Of a stretch of DNA of 64,000 nt, positions 54,427 through 64,000 are shown piece after piece. Position 1 is the first letter of the stretch; each line of letters begins with the position of its first letter. Both the position numbers and the translations under genes were made by a program. Source of the DNA: Eledone cirrhosa (Eukaryota); assembly GCA_964016885.1 (NCBI GenBank), contig OZ024764.1, forward strand, positions 4,154,001-4,218,000. The letters run 5' to 3'. The notes below the pieces were generated by a model, which was not told the DNA's origin, searched no databases, and was given only the letters and a program-made list of their open reading frames with translations.

Positions 54427-55020
54427 CTAGCTGAGGTACCCGGCTTCACCCAGGAGAACAGAGAAAATGACTGTGTTGGATATGTTGTCTGGTATGAGGT
54501 GAGACATAGATGCCAACTTATATATATATATATACACTAGCTGAGGTACTCGGCTTTACCCGGGAGAATAGTTAAGAGCAGACGGTTAACAGAGAAAATG
54601 ACTGTATTGGATGTGTTGTCTGGTATGAGGTGAGACTGTTATGTGTGAGAGAGACATAAACAAAACAATCATAAAACTTCCTTATTAGGCTGGGGGGAGT
54701 AAACTGCTGATTAAATGGTAACATTGGCCCTGGATTTTAAATGTGAAATAACCATAGTCAGTATGATCTTATTCCGCTCCAAAGGACCTCATCTGAAACA
54801 CAGCAATATACCACATAACATTGCTTCTGAAGTGTTTAGCTTTGTTAGTACGGACTGTAAGTAGTATAGGGATAAAAGCTGGATGGTTGATTAATTTCAA
54901 ATAGTATCAGTTTTTCTTTGTTCTGTAACATCAAAGACTGTAAAACTACTTTATAAAAGCTGACACAATATTGTTAAACCTTCCTATAGATCAAAGGATC
55001 TTTAGTTTAAGCTGTTTCTA
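54427..55020 (-). mobile_element. Helitron-like element 3' region with duplicated terminus
   Basis: Minus strand shows a cccgg-loop-ccggg consensus hairpin, 8 nt, then CTAG|T, at 54427 and again at 54537. Confidence 0.7.
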
Positions 55021-58000
55021 GACATCACTCTCTCTCTCTGAATATCTAACACTTTAGTATCTCTCTCTGTATAACTGCCTATCTCTCTCTTTAGATGTTT
55101 CTAGACTTTAAGCTGCTTCTAGACTTTCGTGGGATGTCACTCTCTCTCTCTGAATATCTAACACTTTAGTATCTCTCTCTGTATAACTACCTATCTCTCT
55201 CTTTAGATGTTTCTAGACTTTAAGCTGCTTCTAGACTTTCGTGGGACGTAACTCTCTCTCTCTCTCTGAAAATCTAACACTTTAGTATCTCTCTCTGTAT
55301 AACTGCCTATCTCTCTCTTTAGATGTTTCTAGACTTTAAGCTGCTTCTAGACTTTCGTGGGACATCACTCTCTCTCTCTGAATATCTAACACTTTAGTAT
55401 CTCTCTCTGTATAACTGCCTATCTCTCTCTTTAGATGTTTCTAGACTTTAAGCTGCTTCTAGACTTTCGTGGGACGTAACTCTCTCTCTGTATAACTGCC
55501 TATCTCTCTCTTTAGATGTTTCTAGACTTTAAGCTGCTTCTAGACTTTCGTGGGACATCACTCTCTCTCTCTGAATATCTAACACTTTAGTATCTCTCTC
55601 TGTATAACTGCCTATCTCTCTCTTTAGATGTTTCTAGACTTTAAGCTGCTTCTAGACTTTCGTGGGACATCACTCTCTCTCTCTGAATATCTAACACTTT
55701 AGTATCTCTCTCTGTATAACTGCCTATCTCTCTCTTTAGATGTTTCTAGACTTTAAGCTGCTTCTAGACTTTCGTGGGACGTCACTCTCTCTCTGTATAA
55801 CTGCCTATGTCTCCCTGAATATCTAACACTTTAGTATCTCTCTCTGTATAACTGCCTATCTCTCTCTTTAGATGTTTCTAGACTTTAAGCTGCTTCTAGA
55901 CTTTCGTGAGATGTCACTCTCTCTCTCTGAATATCTAACACTTTAGTATCTCTCTCTGTATAATTGCCTATCTCTCTCTTTAGATGTTTCTAGACTTTAA
56001 GCTGCTTCTAGACTTTCGTGGGATGTCACTCTCTCTCTCTGAATATCTAACACTTTAGTATCTCTCTCTGTATAACTGCCTATCTCTCTCTTTAGATGTT
56101 TCTAGACTTTAAGCTGCTTCTAGACTTTCGTGGGACGTAAATCTCTCTCTCTCTGAAAATCTAACACTTTAGTATCTCTCTCTGTATAACTGCCTATCTC
56201 TCTCTTTAGATGTTTCTAGACGTTAAGCTGTTTCTAGACTTTCGTGAGACATCACTCTCTCTCTCTGAATATCTAACACTTTAGTATCTCTCTCTGTATA
56301 ACTGCCTATCTCTCTCTTTAGATGTTTCTAGACTTTAAGCTGCTTCTAGACGTTCGTGGGACATAACTCTCTCTCTGTATAACTGCCTATCTCTCTCTTT
56401 AGATGTTTCTAGACTTTAAGCTGCTTCTAGACTTTCGTGAGATGTCACTCTCCCTCTCTGAATATCTAACACTTTAGTATCTCTCTCTGTATAACTGCCT
56501 ATCTCTCTCTTTAGATGTTTCTAGACTTTAAGCTGCTTCTAGACTTTCGTGGGACGTAACTCTCTCTCTCTCTGAAAATCTAACACTTTAGTATCTCTCT
56601 CTGTATAACTGCCTATCTCTCTCTTTAGATGTTTCTAGACTTTAAGCTGTTTCTAGACTTTCGTGAGACATCACTCTCTCTCTCTGAATATCTAACACTT
56701 TAGTATCTCTCTCTGTATAACTGCCTATCTCTCTCTTTAGATGTTTCTAGACTTTAAGCTGCTTCTAGACTTTCGTGGGACGTAACTCTCTCTCTGTATA
56801 ACTGCCTATCTCTCTCTTTAAATGTTTCTAGACTTTAAGCTGCTTCTAGACTTTCGTGGGACATAACTCTCTCTCTGTATAACTGCCTATCTCTCTCTTT
56901 AGATGTTTCTAGACTTTAAGCTGCTTCTAGACTTTCGTGAGATGTCACTCTCTCTCTCTGAATATCTAACACTTTAGTATCTCTCTCTGTATAATTGCCT
57001 ATCTGTCTCTTTAGATGTTTCTAGACTTTAAGCTGCTTCTAGACTTTCGTGGCATATCACTCTCTCTCTCTGAAAATCTAACACTTTAGTATCTCTCTCT
57101 GTATAACTGCCTATCTCTCTCTTTAGATGTTTCTAGACTTTAAGCTGTTTCTAGACTTTCTTGAGACATCACTCTCTCTCTATGAATATCTAACACTTTA
57201 GTATCTCTCTCTGTATAACTGCCTATCTCTCTCTTTAAATGTTTCTAGATTTTAAGCTGCTTCTAGACTTTCGTGGGACTTAACTCTCTCTCTCTGAATA
57301 TCTAACACTTTAGTATCTCTCTCTGTATAACTGCCTATCTCTCTCTTTAGATGTTTCTAGACTTTAAGCTGTTTCTAGACTTTCGTGGGACATCACTCTC
57401 TCTCTCCGAATATCTAACACTTTAGTATCTCTCTCTGTATAACTGCCTATCTCTCTCTTTAGATGTTTCTAGACTTTAAGCTGCTTCTAGACTTTCGTGG
57501 GATGTCACTCTCTCTCTCTGAATATCTAACACTTTAGTATCTCTCTCTGTATAACTACCTATCTCTCTCTTTAGATGTTTCTAGACTTTAAGCTGCTTCT
57601 AGACTTTCGTGGGACGTAACTCTCTCTCTCTCTCTGAAAATCTAACACTTTAGTATCTCTCTCTGTATAACTGCCTATCTCTCTCTTTAGATGTTTCTAG
57701 ACTTTAAGCTGCTTCTAGACTTTCGTGGGACATCACTCTCTCTCTCTGAATATCTAACACTTTAGTATCTCTCTCTGTATAACTGCCTATCTCTCTCTTT
57801 AGATGTTTCTAGACTTTAAGCTGCTTCTAGACTTTCGTGGGACGTAACTCTCTCTCTGTATAACTGCCTATCTCTCTCTTTAGATGTTTCTAGACTTTAA
57901 GCTGCTTCTAGACTTTCGTGGGACATCACTCTCTCTCTCTGAATATCTAACACTTTAGTATCTCTCTCTGTATAACTGCCTATCTCTCTCTTTAGATGTT

Positions 58001-61000
58001 TCTAGACTTTAAGCTGCTTCTAGACTTTCGTGGGACATCACTCTCTCTCCCTGAATATCTAACACTTTAGTATCTCTCTCTGTAAAACTGCCTATCTCTC
58101 TCTTTAGATGTTTCTAGACTTTAAGCTGCTTCTAGACTTTCGTGAGATGTCACTCTCTCTCTCTGAATATCTAACACTTTAGTATCTCTCTCTGTATAAT
58201 TGCCTATCTCTCTCTTTAGATGTTTCTAGACTTTAAGCTGCTTCTAGACTTTCGTGGGATGTCACTCTCTCTCTCTGAATATCTAACACTTTAGTATCTC
58301 TCTCTGTATAACTGCCTATCTCTCTCTTTAGATGTTTCTAGACTTTAAGCTGCTTCTAGACTTTCGTGGGACGTAAATCTCTCTCTCTCTGAAAATCTAA
58401 CACTTTAGTATCTCTCTCTGTATAACTGCCTATCTCTCTCTTTAGATGTTTCTAGACGTTAAGCTGTTTCTAGACTTTCGTGAGACATCACTCTCTCTCT
58501 CTGAATATCTAACACTTTAGTATCTCTCTCTGTATAACTGCCTATCTCTCTCTTTAGATGTTTCTAGACTTTAAGCTGCTTCTAGACGTTCGTGGGACAT
58601 AACTCTCTCTCTGTATAACTGCCTATCTCTCTCTTTAGATGTTTCTAGACTTTAAGCTGCTTCTAGACTTTCGTGAGATGTCACTCTCCCTCTCTGAATA
58701 TCTAACACTTTAGTATCTCTCTCTGTATAACTGCCTATCTCTCTCTTTAGATGTTTCTAGACTTTAAGCTGCTTCTAGACTTTCGTGGGACGTAACTCTC
58801 TCTCTCTCTGAAAATCTAACACTTTAGTATCTCTCTCTGTATAACTGCCTATCTCTCTCTTTAGATGTTTCTAGACTTTAAGCTGTTTCTAGACTTTCGT
58901 GAGACATCACTCTCTCTCTCTGAATATCTAACACTTTAGTATCTCTCTCTGTATAACTGCCTATCTCTCTCTTTAGATGTTTCTAGACTTTAAGCTGCTT
59001 CTAGACTTTCGTGGGACGTAACTCTCTCTCTGTATAACTGCCTATCTCTCTCTTTAAATGTTTCTAGACTTTAAGCTGCTTCTAGACTTTCGTGGGACAT
59101 AACTCTCTCTCTGTATAACTGCCTATCTCTCTCTTTAGATGTTTCTAGACTTTAAGCTGCTTCTAGACTTTCGTGAGATGTCACTCTCTCTCTCTGAATA
59201 TCTAACACTTTAGTATCTCTCTCTGTATAATTGCCTATCTGTCTCTTTAGATGTTTCTAGACTTTAAGCTGCTTCTAGACTTTCGTGGCATATCACTCTC
59301 TCTCTCTGAAAATCTAACACTTTAGTATCTCTCTCTGTATAACTGCCTATCTCTCTCTTTAGATGTTTCTAGACTTTAAGCTGTTTCTAGACTTTCTTGA
59401 GACATCACTCTCTCTCTATGAATATCTAACACTTTAGTATCTCTCTCTGTATAACTGCCTATCTCTCTCTTTAAATGTTTCTAGATTTTAAGCTGCTTCT
59501 AGACTTTCGTGGGACTTAACTCTCTCTCTCTGAATATCTAACACTTTAGTATCTCTCTCTGTATAACTGCCTATCTCTCTCTTTAGATGTTTCTAGACTT
59601 TAAGCTGTTTCTAGACTTTCGTGGGACATCACTCTCTCTCTCCGAATATCTAACACTTTAGTATCTCTCTCTGTATAACTGCCTATCTCTCTCTTTAGAT
59701 GTTTCTAGACTTTAAGCTGCTTCTAGACGTTCGTGGGACATAACTCTCTCTCTGTATAACTGCCTATCTCTCTCTTTAGATGTTTCTAGACTTTAAGCTG
59801 CTTCTAGACTTTCGTGAGATGTCACTCTCCCTCTCTGAATATCTAACACTTTAGTATCTCTCTCTGTATAACTGCCTATCTCTCTCTTTAGATGTTTCTA
59901 GACTTTAAGCTGCTTCTAGACTTTCGTGGGACGTAACTCTCTCTCTCTCTGAAAATCTAACACTTTAGTATCTCTCTCTGTATAACTGCCTATCTCTCTC
60001 TTTAGATGTTTCTAGACTTTAAGCTGTTTCTAGACTTTCGTGAGACATCACTCTCTCTCTCTGAATATCTAACACTTTAGTATCTCTCTCTGTATAACTG
60101 CCTATCTCTCTCTTTAGATGTTTCTAGACTTTAAGCTGCTTCTAGACTTTCGTGGGACGTAACTCTCTCTCTGTATAACTGCCTATCTCTCTCTTTAAAT
60201 GTTTCTAGACTTTAAGCTGCTTCTAGACTTTCGTGGGACATAACTCTCTCTCTGTATAACTGCCTATCTCTCTCTTTAGATGTTTCTAGACTTTAAGCTG
60301 CTTCTAGACTTTCGTGAGATGTCACTCTCTCTCTCTGAATATCTAACACTTTAGTATCTCTCTCTGTATAATTGCCTATCTGTCTCTTTAGATGTTTCTA
60401 GACTTTAAGCTGCTTCTAGACTTTCGTGGCATATCACTCTCTCTCTCTGAAAATCTAACACTTTAGTATCTCTCTCTGTATAACTGCCTATCTCTCTCTT
60501 TAGATGTTTCTAGACTTTAAGCTGTTTCTAGACTTTCTTGAGACATCACTCTCTCTCTATGAATATCTAACACTTTAGTATCTCTCTCTGTATAACTGCC
60601 TATCTCTCTCTTTAAATGTTTCTAGATTTTAAGCTGCTTCTAGACTTTCGTGGGACTTAACTCTCTCTCTCTGAATATCTAACACTTTAGTATCTCTCTC
60701 TGTATAACTGCCTATCTCTCTCTTTAGATGTTTCTAGACTTTAAGCTGTTTCTAGACTTTCGTGGGACATCACTCTCTCTCTCCGAATATCTAACACTTT
60801 AGTATCTCTCTCTGTATAACTGCCTATCTCTCTCTTTAGATGTTTCTAGACTTTAAGCTGCTTCTAGACTTTCGTGGGATGTCACTCTCTCTCTCTGAAT
60901 ATCTAACACTTTAGTATCTCTCTCTGTATAACTACCTATCTCTCTCTTTAGATGTTTCTAGACTTTAAGCTGCTTCTAGACTTTCGTGGGACGTAACTCT

Positions 61001-64000
61001 CTCTCTCTCTCTGAAAATCTAACACTTTAGTATCTCTCTCTGTATAACTGCCTATCTCTCTCTTTAGATGTTTCTAGACTTTAAGCTGCTTCTAGACTTT
61101 CGTGGGAAATCACTCTCTCTCTCTGAATATCTAACACTTTAGTATCTCTCTCTGTATAACTGCCTATCTCTCTCTTTAGATGTTTCTAGACTTTAAGCTG
61201 CTTCTAGACTTTCGTGGGACGTAACTCTCTCTCTGTATAACTGCCTATCTCTCTCTTTAGATGTTTCTAGACTTTAAGCTGCTTCTAGACTTTCGTGGGA
61301 CATCACTCTCTCTCTCTGAATATCTAACACTTTAGTATCTCTCTCTGTATAACTGCCTATCTCTCTCTTTAGATGTTTCTAGACTTTAAGCTGCTTCTAG
61401 ACTTTCGTGGGACATCACTCTCTCTCCCTGAATATCTAACACTTTAGTATCTCTCTCTGTAAAACTGCCTATCTCTCTCTTTAGATGTTTCTAGACTTTA
61501 AGCTGCTTCTAGACTTTCGTGAGATGTCACTCTCTCTCTCTGAATATCTAACACTTTAGTATCTCTCTCTGTATAATTGCCTATCTCTCTCTTTAGATGT
61601 TTCTAGACTTTAAGCTGCTTCTAGACTTTCGTGGGATGTCACTCTCTCTCTCTGAATATCTAACACTTTAGTATCTCTCTCTGTATAACTGCCTATCTCT
61701 CTCTTTAGATGTTTCTAGACTTTAAGCTGCTTCTAGACTTTCGTGGGACGTAAATCTCTCTCTCTCTGAAAATCTAACACTTTAGTATCTCTCTCTGTAT
61801 AACTGCCTATCTCTCTCTTTAGATGTTTCTAGACGTTAAGCTGTTTCTAGACTTTCGTGAGACATCACTCTCTCTCTCTGAATATCTAACACTTTAGTAT
61901 CTCTCTCTGTATAACTGCCTATCTCTCTCTTTAGATGTTTCTAGACTTTAAGCTGCTTCTAGACGTTCGTGGGACATAACTCTCTCTCTGTATAACTGCC
62001 TATCTCTCTCTTTAGATGTTTCTAGACTTTAAGCTGCTTCTAGACTTTCGTGAGATGTCACTCTCCCTCTCTGAATATCTAACACTTTAGTATCTCTCTC
62101 TGTATAACTGCCTATCTCTCTCTTTAGATGTTTCTAGACTTTAAGCTGCTTCTAGACTTTCGTGGGACGTAACTCTCTCTCTCTCTGAAAATCTAACACT
62201 TTAGTATCTCTCTCTGTATAACTGCCTATCTCTCTCTTTAGATGTTTCTAGACTTTAAGCTGTTTCTAGACTTTCGTGAGACATCACTCTCTCTCTCTGA
62301 ATATCTAACACTTTAGTATCTCTCTCTGTATAACTGCCTATCTCTCTCTTTAGATGTTTCTAGACTTTAAGCTGCTTCTAGACTTTCGTGGGACGTAACT
62401 CTCTCTCTGTATAACTGCCTATCTCTCTCTTTAAATGTTTCTAGACTTTAAGCTGCTTCTAGACTTTCGTGGGACATAACTCTCTCTCTGTATAACTGCC
62501 TATCTCTCTCTTTAGATGTTTCTAGACTTTAAGCTGCTTCTAGACTTTCGTGAGATGTCACTCTCTCTCTCTGAATATCTAACACTTTAGTATCTCTCTC
62601 TGTATAATTGCCTATCTGTCTCTTTAGATGTTTCTAGACTTTAAGCTGCTTCTAGACTTTCGTGGCATATCACTCTCTCTCTCTGAAAATCTAACACTTT
62701 AGTATCTCTCTCTGTATAACTGCCTATCTCTCTCTTTAGATGTTTCTAGACTTTAAGCTGTTTCTAGACTTTCTTGAGACATCACTCTCTCTCTATGAAT
62801 ATCTAACACTTTAGTATCTCTCTCTGTATAACTGCCTATCTCTCTCTTTAAATGTTTCTAGATTTTAAGCTGCTTCTAGACTTTCGTGGGACTTAACTCT
62901 CTCTCTCTGAATATCTAACACTTTAGTATCTCTCTCTGTATAACTGCCTATCTCTCTCTTTAGATGTTTCTAGACTTTAAGCTGTTTCTAGACTTTCGTG
63001 GGACATCACTCTCTCTCTCCGAATATCTAACACTTTAGTATCTCTCTCTGTATAACTGCCTATCTCTCTCTTTAGATGTTTCTAGACTTTAAGCTGCTTC
63101 TAGACTTTCGTGGGATGTCACTCTCTCTCTCTGAATATCTAACACTTTAGTATCTCTCTCTGTATAACTACCTATCTCTCTCTTTAGATGTTTCTAGACT
63201 TTAAGCTGCTTCTAGACTTTCGTGGGACGTAACTCTCTCTCTCTCTCTGAAAATCTAACACTTTAGTATCTCTCTCTGTATAACTGCCTATCTCTCTCTT
63301 TAGATGTTTCTAGACTTTAAGCTGCTTCTAGACTTTCGTGGGACATCACTCTCTCTCTCTGAATATCTAACACTTTAGTATCTCTCTCTGTATAACTGCC
63401 TATCTCTCTCTTTAGATGTTTCTAGACTTTAAGCTGCTTCTAGACTTTCGTGGGACGTAACTCTCTCTCTGTATAACTGCCTATCTCTCTCTTTAGATGT
63501 TTCTAGACTTTAAGCTGCTTCTAGACTTTCGTGGGACATCACTCTCTCTCTCTGAATATCTAACACTTTAGTATCTCTCTCTGTATAACTGCCTATCTCT
63601 CTCTTTAGATGTTTCTAGACTTTAAGCTGCTTCTAGACTTTCGTGGGACATCACTCTCTCTCCCTGAATATCTAACACTTTAGTATCTCTCTCTGTAAAA
63701 CTGCCTATCTCTCTCTTTAGATGTTTCTAGACTTTAAGCTGCTTCTAGACTTTCGTGAGATGTCACTCTCTCTCTCTGAATATCTAACACTTTAGTATCT
63801 CTCTCTGTATAATTGCCTATCTCTCTCTTTAGATGTTTCTAGACTTTAAGCTGCTTCTAGACTTTCGTGGGATGTCACTCTCTCTCTCTGAATATCTAAC
63901 ACTTTAGTATCTCTCTCTGTATAACTGCCTATCTCTCTCTTTAGATGTTTCTAGACTTTAAGCTGCTTCTAGACTTTCGTGGGACGTAACTCTCTCTCTC
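55005..64000. repeat. Satellite array of 112-bp and 81-bp monomers with a 2236-bp higher-order repeat; runs off the window
   Basis: ttcgt spacings of 112, 116, 112 and 81; diagnostic variants recur at 2236-bp intervals. Confidence 0.97.

Noticed and set aside
55005-64000. CRISPR-like repeat-spacer appearance
   Set aside because: There are no unique spacers or cas genes; it is a eukaryotic satellite.

Overview
Eukaryotic, extremely repeat-rich DNA. The landscape of (TA)n/(CA)n/(ATG)n microsatellites, RTE LINEs and tRNA-derived SINEs looks like a cephalopod (octopus-type) genome; this is an inference. I found no host protein-coding gene I can support, and nearly all long ORFs in the track are microsatellite or minisatellite artefacts. 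Real coding content is retrotransposon-derived: one near-full-length frameshifted RTE LINE (48.1-51.4 kb), truncated pieces of several other RTE-group families, and CR1, CRE-like and L1/Tx1-like 3' fragments. Also present are two SINE families, TIR MITEs (Tc2/pogo-, piggyBac- and hAT-like), Helitron termini and many TE-seeded tandem arrays, including a 9-kb satellite with a 21-monomer, 2236-bp higher-order repeat next to a Helitron 3' end. Three signals stand out. (1) An RNA module (H-type pseudoknot plus CUGUAAA hairpin plus AGGAAG hairpin) keeps its pairing across divergent copies; it lies in the 5' UTR of one RTE family, in the 3' UTR of two others, and in the SINE body. (2) Several families of small non-coding repeats carry minimal type-I hammerhead ribozyme motifs and fold-back inversions, as in Penelope-like elements or retrozymes. 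(3) A tRNA-like cloverleaf is clamped by an inverted repeat inside a terminally redundant unit.
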